A program made the position numbers and the translations under genes. DNA of 64,000 bases, from assembly GCA_963797095.1 (NCBI GenBank), contig CAWCNY010000005.1:160001-224000 (forward strand). Reading direction: 5' to 3'. Each line of letters opens with the position of its first letter. Within the stretch, counting starts at the first letter, position 1. The notes beneath the pieces are model-generated. The model was not told the DNA's origin and searched no databases. It saw nothing but the letters and a program-made list of their open reading frames with translations. The DNA comes from an uncultured Chloroflexia bacterium. Its GTDB lineage: Bacteria > Chloroflexota > Chloroflexia > QHBQ01 > JADMIH01. Positions 10,869 to 20,786 of this stretch are shown here, one piece after another.

Positions 10869-12537
10869 AACGACGTAAGTCGATGGGCTGGCTGCCGATT
10901 TTGCCAATGGCTTGCAGGTGTGGGTGATCGGCCAGCCCTACCAGATCAAGACCTGCAAGCATGGTCAGCTCTGTTTCAGGCGTGGTGAGTTGCCTCAAAC
11001 AATGGGTAACTCCATCAAAATGAACACACCCATACGAAAGAGCCTGCCCAACTGCTCGCTCCACAAGCACAGCGGGATAATCCTGATGAAGTTGCAAGAT
11101 GCGGACAAACTCCTTCACTCCTCTGCCTTCCGGCCACTTCTCCCGTAACAGTTCCAACGCCTTCTCATATGTAGGTGGCCATTTGGCTCGCCACCGGCGC
11201 AATGGTTTGGCATAATCGAATGCCCCTGGCCGCTGAGCGAGCAAAGGCAGGTAATGCAGTGGCTCGAAGATATCCTGCTCTCGCTCGTAGCAGCGGGGAT
11301 GACGGGCAAGCAATCCTGGTAGGCCGGAGCGGCCGGGCTGGTCATGCGATTGATTACGTGGCTGGCCATCGTTGGGATTGGGGTTGGGATTGGGGTCGAA
11401 TATGTCCACATGGAAAGGGTAAGCCTTGACGATCACTTCTCGCCTTGCTCTCTCGACGGGCACCGAGTAGCGATTGGTCTCAAAGATCACCTGGCTGTAT
11501 GGAGTGAGATGTGCCGTGCTCGTCACGCAACATTCATATTGGTAGGAAGGTAGAGGACGCAGATGAGGTAGCTCCTGCTCCCAGGCTTCTTTGATGGTGG
11601 TGGGTTGGCGCGCAACCCGGCGCTGATCATCTCGCAGGCACTCGCTCAGAAGAAAGATGTTCAATGCTTCAAATGAGGCCACATCTGGGATAGGTACCAG
11701 GAAGTTGCGGCGGCTAAACCCTACGCTGTGTTCAACACCTCCCTTCTCATGCCCTTGTCCAGGCGTGCAGAAGTGGCTCTCGAACAGGTAATGACTACGA
11801 AAGGCTACGAATGCTCTCTGCTCTCGTCGTACTCGTCCTTCGATCAGGAGGCGCACCGAGCTGAAAGAGGCAACCGGATCCACCGCCGAGGCCAGGTTGT
11901 CGTAGCTGATACGTTGGGGAACTCCACCAAAGTGCTGGAAAGCTGCCACATGACCGGCAAAGAAGGCTTCTTGTTTCTGCGAGGGGTAGGCCATCACGAA
12001 GGATCGCCTTGAGTAGTTCAGACGCATGATGAACAACTGCACGGTTTGGCGCTCGCCACCGATGACGGCAACAGCTTCACCCCAGTCAACCTGGGCGTCC
12101 TTCCCAGGCTCGAACTCTAGTGGTATGAACAGGGGTGGTGCGTGATGGGCTTTGCGATATCTGCTCACGTGCAATCGCACGCGAGACTCGCTACCCTGGT
12201 AGCCTTCCTTGACCAAAAGTTCAAAGATCTTGCGAGCGGTGTAGCGTTGTTTGCGTGGGAGACGGTCGTTTTGCTGTAGGAGTTCGTCGACACGGGTCTG
12301 GAAAGAGCCGAACACCGGAGCGGGTCTAGGTTTGGTGCGCCGGTAAGTTGGGTAAGGGTACGGTTGGTAGAATTGGGACTGGGATGGGTCCTGAGCCTGG
12401 GCTTGGGCTTGGGCAATGGCTTTGTCAACAGTCTTGCGGGAGTGCCTTTGTTCTCGTGCGATCTGCCTGACACTCTTGTGTTCGAGGTAGAAGGCGCGGC
12501 GGATGGCTTCGTGTTGTTCCACGGTAATCATCTCCAC
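10843..12537 (-). CDS. istA: IS21-family transposase IstA
   Basis: N-terminal HTH (SVRQIAR...SRKTV), [33 protein letters not shown]. Confidence 0.96.
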   Translation of the reverse strand: MEMITVEQHEAIRRAFYLEHKSVRQIAREQRHSRKTVDKAIAQAQAQAQDPSQSQFYQPYPYPTYRRTKPRPAPVFGSFQTRVDELLQQNDRLPRKQRYTARKIFELLVKEGYQGSESRVRLHVSRYRKAHHAPPLFIPLEFEPGKDAQVDWGEAVAVIGGERQTVQLFIMRLNYSRRSFVMAYPSQKQEAFFAGHVAAFQHFGGVPQRISYDNLASAVDPVASFSSVRLLIEGRVRREQRAFVAFRSHYLFESHFCTPGQGHEKGGVEHSVGFSRRNFLVPIPDVASFEALNIFLLSECLRDDQRRVARQPTTIKEAWEQELPHLRPLPSYQYECCVTSTAHLTPYSQVIFETNRYSVPVERARREVIVKAYPFHVDIFDPNPNPNPNDGQPRNQSHDQPGRSGLPGLLARHPRCYEREQDIFEPLHYLPLLAQRPGAFDYAKPLRRWRAKWPPTYEKALELLREKWPEGRGVKEFVRILQLHQDYPAVLVERAVGQALSYGCVHFDGVTHCLRQLTTPETELTMLAGLDLVGLADHPHLQAIGKIGSQPIDLRRYEQLLQGG

Positions 12538-12704
12538 CTCTCTTTGCTATCGTATCGTTTGCGGTCTAACGGTCTAGCCGAGTAACCGAAAGGCAACATC
12601 TTTGCCTTGTCCCAACGATAGCAAAGAGAGAGCTAAGTGGCTCCCTTTTTGACTGTCAAGATTTCATCGAATGGCTCCCTTTTACATTAGCAGAAACATT
12701 CAAG

Positions 12705-13679
12705 AGTGGTGGAGGCCCCTATGGCTCTCCCAAGGGTTCTATATTGGGCCCCTCGGGCGGCGGTAGAGCCTTCTATGTACCGGACCCGATCTGGCAGAAG
12801 TTCATCGATAAAGGAGGTCCAACACGCAGTGGGCCTGGACTTCCCTTCAGTACGGACCCTTATCCTTTGAACTGGAGGGCAGTACATTCGTGGAATCCTG
12901 TGAGAGGCGTGCGGGGCGTGCAGTACCACTATCCGAGCAGTGGTACAGGCCCAGGTGTGGTGAACTTCCAGAACGGCGCGATCACTAATAATAGCTACGA
13001 GGGTACCGTCTTCCTGCCAAACTGCAATGCTGTCGATTTGGTCGTGTACAATCCACCGCATTGGGCACGTGACTTCGCTCTTGGAATGATCAAGCGGTTT
13101 GCTGTCAGCAACGAACCATATTCCAATGGTGCAATCAATCTAGACAACTATCCATTTCGTACTGTGGAACAGCCCGCGACCAGGGCACAAGTAGCACAGA
13201 GCCTAATGCTCGCTGAGGGCTATGCCCCGTACAGCGGTCCTGACCTGTTCACAGACATAGCCAGCCATTGGGGTAGGCAGTGGATAAACATGGCTGCAAG
13301 AGAAGGCACCATCAATGGCTATCCGGACGGCACGTTCCGTCCAAACAATACCGTGACGCGTGGCCAGTTCTCCCAAATGGTCGTACTCGCTCGCAGGCCG
13401 AATTGGCCCATCACTACCCCACCGGCTACACACTTTGACAACCCTGGTTGCCCCAACGGGTATCGCAGTTTCGCTGATATCTGCTATGGCAGCACTTTCT
13501 ATACATACATAGAGATCGCCAAGGATCACGGTCTCATCAGTGGCTATGCATGCGGTGGTCCCGGTGAGCCGTGCCTGCCAAGCCACGCGCCCTACTTCAG
13601 ACAGAATGCTTCGCTTTCCCGCGGGCACATAATGAAGATGATAGACCTAGCGGTCCCACCCTCTGGTGTCTGCTGGTAA
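12705..13679 (+). pseudogene. 3' part of the amidase-SLH gene (middle domain plus SLH domains)
   Basis: Resumes in frame after the TSD (TQEFK|SGGGPYGSPKGSILGPSGG...); SLH motifs FTDIASHW, INGYPDGTFRPNNTVTRGQF, ISGY. Reconstructed protein 646 aa. Confidence 0.9.
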
Positions 13680-13721
13680 GCGATAACCAGAGGGAGTGCG
13701 TCGAGAATAAGAATAACTGAA

Positions 13722-13758
13722 GCGAGCCAGGAGAGGAAGACAGGTTCACCTGGCTCGC
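13722..13758. terminator. Stem-loop between convergent genes
   Basis: GCGAGCCAGG...CCTGGCTCGC 10-bp stem; no clear U-tract. Confidence 0.5.
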
Positions 13759-13808
13759 CCTTACATGGTACACACTCAACCAAGAGCCGCCAGGTATCGT
13801 AGTATGAC

Positions 13809-15665
13809 CTAGCGTTGGCTTGATTGAGCTATTGCTTGGAATGATTGAGCTATTGCTTGGAATACTATTTTTGAAACCTGTGCTCTAGTTGCAGGGCCCA
13901 TGGGGCGGAAAGTGCCATCCTGATAGCCTGAGATCACCCCATGATTGTAAGCCGTTTCCACATAAGTGTAGAAGGTGCTTTCAGGGACAACATCGGAGAA
14001 ATGCGGTCCGCCTTGTGTGTTTATCACCCACTCTTCAGCCAGAACCACAATCTTACACACCTGACTTCTTGCCGCGTCGTCGGCAGGGCGGAAAGTGCCA
14101 TCCGGGTAGCCTGAGATCACCCCATGATTGTAAGCCGTTTCTATATAGATATAGAACGGGTGACTAACGGGCACATCGGAGAAATGTTGTTGTAGTTGCG
14201 TGTCAATGGGCCAGCCTTTGCTCAATACCACAACCTTGGCTAGCTGGCCGCGCGTGGTAGTGTTGGCGGGGCGAAAGGTGCCGTCCGGATAGCCAATCAT
14301 AACCCCATGACAGGCAAGATACTGGGCTGCATCGTAGAAGTAGCTTCCGGGAAGAACATCGAAGAAATGAGGCGTGCGTTGCCCAACATACCGCTCAATT
14401 AGCGATCCTGAGGGAGATACCGATGGGGTGTTGTAACTCCCCACGGCCCATACCATGTCCTTTGATAGCGCGAGGACGGCCATTAGCTGATTTTCGATAG
14501 TGCCTACACTGGGGCTGGGCACAATATTCCACTGGCTGCCATTCCAATGCATTACGATTACCTGTTCTGCATAATAGGGCGCATAAGCTCCCACAGCCCA
14601 CACATCATCGGACGCGGTGGCTGAGACCCCGTAGAGGCGGGTTTCCGTGCCAAAGTTAGGGCTGAGCACAACGCTCCATAATGTGCCGTCCCAATGCATA
14701 ATCAGCCCTTTTTGCACTTGGTCATATCGACCTTGGAATCCAACAGCCCACACGTCATCCGAAGCAAGAGCGAAAACTCCTCGCAAATCGTTGAGATCAC
14801 TATCGGGGTTAGGACTATCGATCTGTACCCAACTCTTGCCGTCCCAATGCACGACAAACGTTTGATCATGACCAGTATCATCGAAGTTATAACCCACAGC
14901 CCATATGTCACTCGGTGAAATTATGGATACGGAGTTCAGTTGGTTGTACAGATTGGGACTTGGAGAAGGGTGCTGGAGCCAGTGGTTACCATCCCAATGT
15001 TCAATCAGAGTTTGATTACCATTGTCGCTTTGATAATAGCCAACTGCCCACACATCGTCAGAAGTGACCGCGCCGACACCAATGAGAAAGTTCGAGCTAC
15101 CTGGATTTGGGCTAGGAACTATGGTCCACTGGTTACCGTCCCAGTGCTCAATGAGAGTCTGTTCCTGGTATAAGCGGCCAAAATATCCCACAGCCCATAC
15201 ATTGTCAGAGGCAATGGCTGCCACACCTGAAAGCTTATTCGTCTGGAGGCCGTTTGGGCTTGGAACCTGAGTCCACCTCATGCCATCCCAGTGTACAGAA
15301 AGCGTTTCTATGCTACCGTATCCCCAGGTATTGCCGACAGCCCATATATCCTGCGTGGAGATCGCCGCAATCCCCGACAGCGCATTGTAAATAGCACCTG
15401 GACTAGGGCTAGACACGACCTCCCAAGGTATGCAGCCCCTAATTGATGGTGGGGCTACAACATGTGAAAGCGGTGAGCGGCCAGTTGAAGGAGCTAAATA
15501 CTTCTTTGCTTCCGAAGTTGCGAGCTGACGCTCATTCGCAGAAGCAGTAGCAACAACCCTATTCGATTGTTCTGCCGGGTTAGCGCCGGCAATTCCGTTA
15601 GTACAAATAAACACGAAGAGGAGCGATGCCCAAACATACACTATAGCATTTATGGCATTTCTCAT
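13809..15665 (-). CDS. Secreted repeat (probable beta-propeller) protein with three SLH domains
   Basis: AGGAGG RBS; signal peptide; seven DVWAVG-type repeats mostly followed by HWDGxxW; three SLH repeats (GYPDGTFRP); 21-bp tandem duplication at 13821-13862 (FQAIAQS x2). Confidence 0.9.
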   Translation of the reverse strand: MRNAINAIVYVWASLLFVFICTNGIAGANPAEQSNRVVATASANERQLATSEAKKYLAPSTGRSPLSHVVAPPSIRGCIPWEVVSSPSPGAIYNALSGIAAISTQDIWAVGNTWGYGSIETLSVHWDGMRWTQVPSPNGLQTNKLSGVAAIASDNVWAVGYFGRLYQEQTLIEHWDGNQWTIVPSPNPGSSNFLIGVGAVTSDDVWAVGYYQSDNGNQTLIEHWDGNHWLQHPSPSPNLYNQLNSVSIISPSDIWAVGYNFDDTGHDQTFVVHWDGKSWVQIDSPNPDSDLNDLRGVFALASDDVWAVGFQGRYDQVQKGLIMHWDGTLWSVVLSPNFGTETRLYGVSATASDDVWAVGAYAPYYAEQVIVMHWNGSQWNIVPSPSVGTIENQLMAVLALSKDMVWAVGSYNTPSVSPSGSLIERYVGQRTPHFFDVLPGSYFYDAAQYLACHGVMIGYPDGTFRPANTTTRGQLAKVVVLSKGWPIDTQLQQHFSDVPVSHPFYIYIETAYNHGVISGYPDGTFRPADDAARSQVCKIVVLAEEWVINTQGGPHFSDVVPESTFYTYVETAYNHGVISGYQDGTFRPMGPATRAQVSKIVFQAIAQSFQAIAQSSQR

Positions 15666-15773
15666 GGAAGCCTCCTGGAGAACACGTAAGCAAGTAGGTA
15701 TGTTCTAAGTTCTGGTGATAGGTTACATCTTACTGGATAACCAGACTGATTGGAGCGTGAAGCAGTCGGTTAG

Positions 15774-16794
15774 GGAAGTGTCAGAAGTGAGGGCTCGCAA
15801 TCTCCCCAGCCATGTCCAATCCGTCTCAGCCAAGCCTCAACCCTGGCTTTCGTCTGCCTTCAGGCTGCCATTAGCATGTTTTACAGGGCACCAAATCGCC
15901 TCAGGAACAGCTGCCGTTGCTCCGATAGGGATAACTTTTCCCTCGACTTGCTACGATAGCGGAAATACTGCCGCTGCTCGCCGTACGCACTGCAGAACCG
16001 GGATGCCGAATCGAAACTACCAAATCCTCTCATTGACTAATATCGCTGCTTGATGCCCCGCTTGATGCCCCGATGATCCTGCTCCATACGGTTATTCAAA
16101 TAGCGATTTGTGCGGTGAACCACTTTCCGGCTAAGTATTCGACGTATGGCTCTTGGATAAGCATTATGCCCGTCTGTGGTCACCAGATCCGGGCGGCAAC
16201 CGGTCACTTCTTTGACCCCTTGAAGAAGCGCTTGGCTGCACCCATGTCCCGCCTCTTGGAGAGCATAGAGTCCACCAAATTGCCGTCCATATCTATGGCG
16301 CTGCACAGATAGCGCCACTTACCACCACCTTGACACAGCTCTCATCAATATACCACGAGCGGCCAGCCTTGCCCCTGCATTTGGGTCGGAGCAGTTATGT
16401 GAGCAAGGGGGCGAAGCGTGCTTCCCAGTCCCTCACCACCTCGTGAGTGAATTCGAACCCGTGGTCCAAGAACATTTCTGCCAGGTCCCTCAGGCTGAGC
16501 TTGTATCGCAATCTCCTCAAGACAACAAGTAGTACAAGGTCGGTTGGAAACTGCAGGTGGTTGAATTGAGTACCAGTGCGCTCATTGAAGACGCGAGTGC
16601 ATACTCTGCAACGGAACACGTTGTAGCCGAGGGAGATTTTCCTGGAGAGAAGGGTAGTGAAAGAGGAGGAGGAGCAGTGAGGGCAATTCATCGGCAGTCC
16701 TTGGGTATTCTTTGCTAGGAGATGGATAGAGTAGGGTAAGCATACCCCATAATCGTCATCATCGCTACCGCCTGTTCTCATTTCTGACCCTTCC
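15774..16794 (-). mobile_element. IS6-family element, degenerate
   Basis: 18-bp IRs GGAAGTGTCAGAAGTGAG / GGAAGGGTCAGAAATGAG; transposase from 16691 (CPHC, LRYKLSLRDLAEM, VTTDGHNAYP, NNRMEQDHRGIK) with stops and frameshifts; no TSD seen. Confidence 0.88.
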
Positions 16795-17225
16795 CCCACA
16801 GTGGGCTCGAGTATATCTCCTCCACTAGTTGGGCGCAATTTGTGCCTGCTATTGGCAGAGAGTAGGACACGAAGTGTGGAAAAATACTAAAGTGCCACTG
16901 CCAAGATGCGATAAGGAACTCTTGATTCGAAACACGGCGATATTCATGGCAAGCTATGTGATTGTATGGCATTCCGAGGAGCAATTGGCCCTGCCACTAG
17001 TGGCAGATTCATTGCATGTACCACATGTATGTTGTCTCCAGCATTGTCCACCTGGTGATATTCGTTGTCAAATGGGTAAAGCTAAAGCGTAAAAATATTA
17101 ACACCATGTCAACTTATTCTTTACCGGCGTTTCAACCTCCAAATGCTAAAGTTGTGATGCAATGGCTTATTGTCACCACAAAGCGGACGTTCCGCGCCAT
17201 GGGAGTTTCAACGAGGAGGTTAATC

Positions 17226-18638
17226 ATGGTAAAGCTTAGAAATATGAAGCGGTATGTCGGGATCTTGCTGACCTTGATAGCAACGGTTCTTGTAGTGTGG
17301 CTTTTGATCGGGCTGACATTTCCACCAAACCGAAATCCGATCAGGGCGGTGAGCGCACAAACAGGAGCAGACATGTTATTTGCGCAGGTGCCGCCACCTC
17401 CTGTCGAGACAGGAGTACCAACCTTCGTACCATTTTCTTCTCCCACTCCGGTTGCTACATACACTACTGAACCGGATCCTCCGCTCGCCCAGCCGCCTGT
17501 GGCGGTCAGCCTACCAAGGGGCGCCCATCCAGCACCGAACATAGCTTGGGCCATCCAAACCAGAAACACCCTGGCTATTTGGATAGGGACATATGCCGAA
17601 GTTGGGTCGCCTAGGGTTCAGGATCCTAGACCAATAGTGCGATGGAATGCTCCGCTTGAAGTCATTGATCTGGTGCCATCACCAGACGGCCAGGCACTTG
17701 CTGTTCTGGCCTATGATCGCCAAGCCAGAGAAACCGGAGATATGCTGCCAAATTGGCTTTGGACTGTGGATCTCAACACGAATGCTGTACAATCTCTGCC
17801 CGATTATACGCATTACGATCTGTACAAATGGTATTACTTTGGTTCGCCCGGTCGTATCCTTGGCTGGATCGATGTGAATCGTCTAGCAGTTCAGCGAACG
17901 GGTGGCTTCCCTGTAATTGCACGCCGGGATGGAACTTCCTATGATGAGGTTACATTCCCACAAGGCGGAGTTGGGCAGGTGGCACTCTCCCCGGATCGTA
18001 CGACGTTTTTCGCGGACGCTTTCAGCAGAGACACCTATGAATACGGCTTATGGTTGAACAACATTGACGGCAGCAATCCGCGCTTGTTGGTGGATGAGGC
18101 TCATGTTCGCCCCGTGGACAATCCTCAATGGTCACCAAATGGTAGATACGTCAGTTTCGGAACTCCTAAGCAGGCCACAATCCCTGATGGCAGCAAACAG
18201 GTCGTACAAGGCTATCGGAGTATCTGCCTGCTAGATGTGTCGACCCACACACTTTCAATTCTGGGCAATGAGGACAGTTGGGATGCTTCTCCGCAATGGT
18301 CTAGTGATAGCTCAACACTTGCGTTCCTACGTGCTCCGGCCCCAGTCGCCAATGACGGTGAGGCCTACTATGGCGCATATGAGAAGGTGAGTACCCACCT
18401 CTATTCAGTAGATGTGCGCGACCCTCAATTGCAGGCCAGGCAGTTGCTTCCACGCGCAGGCAACACCAGTATTCTCAAGTGGATACCCGACGCTGGGCTC
18501 TTGTTAGCTTCGACATTGGACGCACCCGACAACCAGCCAAGGATGGCCCTCTTCTCACTCGGATCAGGTAACCTAATCTCGTTGCTAGAGCGCACACAGG
18601 GTGAGACTATGGTACATCCGGTCTACATCTCTCGTTAG
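17226..18638 (+). CDS. Membrane-anchored TolB/PD40-type beta-propeller protein (module 2)
   Basis: GAGGAGG RBS before ATG 17226; TM helix; Pro/Thr linker; PSPDGQALA, LSPDRTT, WSPNGRYV, WSSDSSTLAF. Confidence 0.85.
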   Translation: MVKLRNMKRYVGILLTLIATVLVVWLLIGLTFPPNRNPIRAVSAQTGADMLFAQVPPPPVETGVPTFVPFSSPTPVATYTTEPDPPLAQPPVAVSLPRGAHPAPNIAWAIQTRNTLAIWIGTYAEVGSPRVQDPRPIVRWNAPLEVIDLVPSPDGQALAVLAYDRQARETGDMLPNWLWTVDLNTNAVQSLPDYTHYDLYKWYYFGSPGRILGWIDVNRLAVQRTGGFPVIARRDGTSYDEVTFPQGGVGQVALSPDRTTFFADAFSRDTYEYGLWLNNIDGSNPRLLVDEAHVRPVDNPQWSPNGRYVSFGTPKQATIPDGSKQVVQGYRSICLLDVSTHTLSILGNEDSWDASPQWSSDSSTLAFLRAPAPVANDGEAYYGAYEKVSTHLYSVDVRDPQLQARQLLPRAGNTSILKWIPDAGLLLASTLDAPDNQPRMALFSLGSGNLISLLERTQGETMVHPVYISR

Positions 18639-18705
18639 CAGCTCCTTCTTTGAGGTTCTATCAAGTATTAATCAAGACATACATGAGCAGTGTCTAGGAG
18701 GATTA

Positions 18706-20556
18706 ATGATATGAAGAGTTCGAACTCTTCTGCGTACCTTGCTCGTCTCAGCTGTCGCTGCTGCCATGTTCCAACTTCCAGTTGTGAATACTTTAGTAGA
18801 TGGCGACCCTACGGCCCAGGCAAGCGGGTTTGTGAGTCCTGTTACGATGCAGGCCCAACGCACCAATGAAAGTAGTGCAAAACCATCCAATCCAGAAGCC
18901 AGTAGTAGCCAAGACATACCTGACAGTGAATTCTTCCTACTCAGCTTCCCACTCTCTTCAAGATGGTATGTGTGGCGAATGCCCTCCGACCAGTGGACTT
19001 ACCAAATCTATACCTCAATGGTCGACCATAACCCCCCCTTCTATAGTGGCAACTCCACTCTTGAACCTTACACTGGTGAGTATGGTCCAACGTCTGGAGC
19101 ACCTCTTGCGAACAGTTGTGGAGATCTGCACTGGACGCATAGAGGTTACTGCTATGATGGCCATCCAGGTTTGGACCTAGCAGTAGTGGAATATACCCCG
19201 GTCTATGCTTCACATAGCGGGCGAGTGATCAGGGCTAGTGACATAGCTGATGGCTATGGTGTCACGGTGCTGCTTCGGGATGAAACCAACCCGAGCTATA
19301 TAACCCGCTACTCGCACTTCTTTGACGCTTCCGTGGTCGTGGGTGCGCATGTTGCTCGTGGTCAACAGATAGGTAGAAGTGGACACTCCGGAAGTGGCAC
19401 CGGCCAACATCTGCACTTTGGACTCTACTACGACAGTACCTGGAACAACAATGATCCCCACGATTGGGTTGGGCAGGTAGTCGACCCCTATGGCTGGTTC
19501 TCGTTGAGGCCCAATGGTTTAGGTGCTCCGGTGAATGACAATAAATGGGCAGGGGGCTATTCCTCGCAAGGAGCCACAAACGAACCGCCGTCAATCAACT
19601 TTAACGATGGTACGCTACAAGGCCACCAATATAGAAGCAAGTCTCTCATCTGGTCGGGTGTCCACAAAGTAGGTGCGTCAGGTCCGGACGAAATTGAGGA
19701 ATGGTGGGCCAACACTTATGGAGCAGCCGGACCACCTCTCAATGACAAATACAATCCTAAAGGCCAGACCTATTGGTGCCAGGACTTTGAAGGTGGAAAG
19801 TACTGCACTAATGGTATTGGCTACCAACCTTACTATGCCTTCACCGACGTGCCTATATCCCAGTGGGCACATCGCGACATTGAATGGGCGAAGCGCGAAG
19901 GTATATCGGATGGATATACAGACCCCTCTCGGTGTCCAAATGGTATACCATGCTTCCGCCCATACGATTTCGTATCAAGGGGGCAGATATCGAAGATGAT
20001 CGTGAACGCCTTCAGCTTCCCCATCAGTACGTCAGGTGGTCCACATTTTGCAGATGTTCCGGTGGGATCTACCTTCTACGACTACATCGAGACTCTTTAC
20101 AATCGGATTGTCGACAGCCAGAGAATAATCTCAGGCTATCCAGGCGATCCAAACCATTGGAATGCATGTCTTAGTCCTCCTGCATACGAGATGTCGGGCC
20201 TCACGTACTTCAGGTGGTGCGAGAACGTCAAACGTGGGCAGATGGCGAAGTTTACCGCCATGTCAATGGTAAGTAAGCTCTGGCTTACTCACGGCCTTGA
20301 TGCGACAACGCTCGGATCCGATCATGGCGCTGATTACTTTGACGTGCCAAGTTACGATACCTACTTCCGCGTTGTTAGGACCTTGCAGGATATTGGCGTC
20401 GTTCAATACCATCGAGCCGATGGTGATCCAGGTTGTACCAGTTACGGCTTTACATCTGAGCAATGCCAGTCTCTGGGGCATTTCTATACCTACTGGGATG
20501 CAACCCGCGCACAAGTGGCTCAGATTCTTCACGAAGCCATTTACTCTGTTCCATAA
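18706..20556 (+). pseudogene. M23-family peptidase with SLH domains; start region disrupted
   Basis: HPGLDLA, YSHF, QHLHFG zinc motifs; SLH motifs FTDVP, FRPYDFVSRGQ, FADVPVGSTFY. The in-frame ATG at 18706 after AGGAGG hits TGA at codon 3; ATG 18711 is out of frame. Could still be translated from TTG 18739. Confidence 0.75.
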
Positions 20557-20569
20557 GCAACGTTTTACG

Positions 20570-20619
20570 TCTTGCGTCGATGCTATGTCTGGCGCGCCAG
20601 ACATAGCATCGACGCAAGA
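20570..20619. repeat. Perfect 50-bp palindrome without spacer
   Basis: TCTTGCGTCGATGCTATGTCTGGCG|CGCCAGACATAGCATCGACGCAAGA. Confidence 0.97.
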
Positions 20620-20786
20620 TTTGCGGAGATATGATGCCAAGCCAAATACCAACCAAGCAGACATCGACTGTTTCCACCTGTGCCTTAACCACTCCTTCGA
20701 CATGATAGATGGGAAAGCATTGGAATTGATGGCCGTTTTGTGCTTCTGTGATATTGTCTCACGCGCTACCAACAAAGGAGGATAAA

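Larger units (their letters stand above)
7305..12698 (-). mobile_element. IS21-family element with passenger genes (5394 bp; 4092 bp without the nested IS)
   Basis: TG...CA ends; imperfect IRs TGTTTTTGTCAATAGAAAAGGGAGCCATTTGAT / TGTTTCTGCTAATGTAAAAGGGAGCCATTCGAT; repeated AAAAGGGAGCCA sites (7320, 7343, 7388, variant 7411; inverted 12638, 12672); 6-bp TSD TTCAAG (7299-7304, 12699-12704); istA and istB. Confidence 0.94.

Noticed and set aside
13900-14190. Diversity-generating retroelement TR/VR pair
   Set aside because: The near-identical segments are adjacent SLH domains of one gene; no reverse transcriptase in the window.
15733-15775. Integron attC site (TAAC...GTTA palindrome)
   Set aside because: About 40 bp, shorter than known attC sites, poor RYYYAAC match, and no integron integrase.
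18712-18714. Selenocysteine UGA in the M23 gene, given selA nearby
   Set aside because: It would be residue 3 of a signal peptide with no redox role, and I see no convincing SECIS hairpin.
20570-20619. Firm call as a protelomerase site or telomeric transposon
   Set aside because: No telomere resolvase in the window and unique sequence continues on both sides; kept only as a hypothesis.
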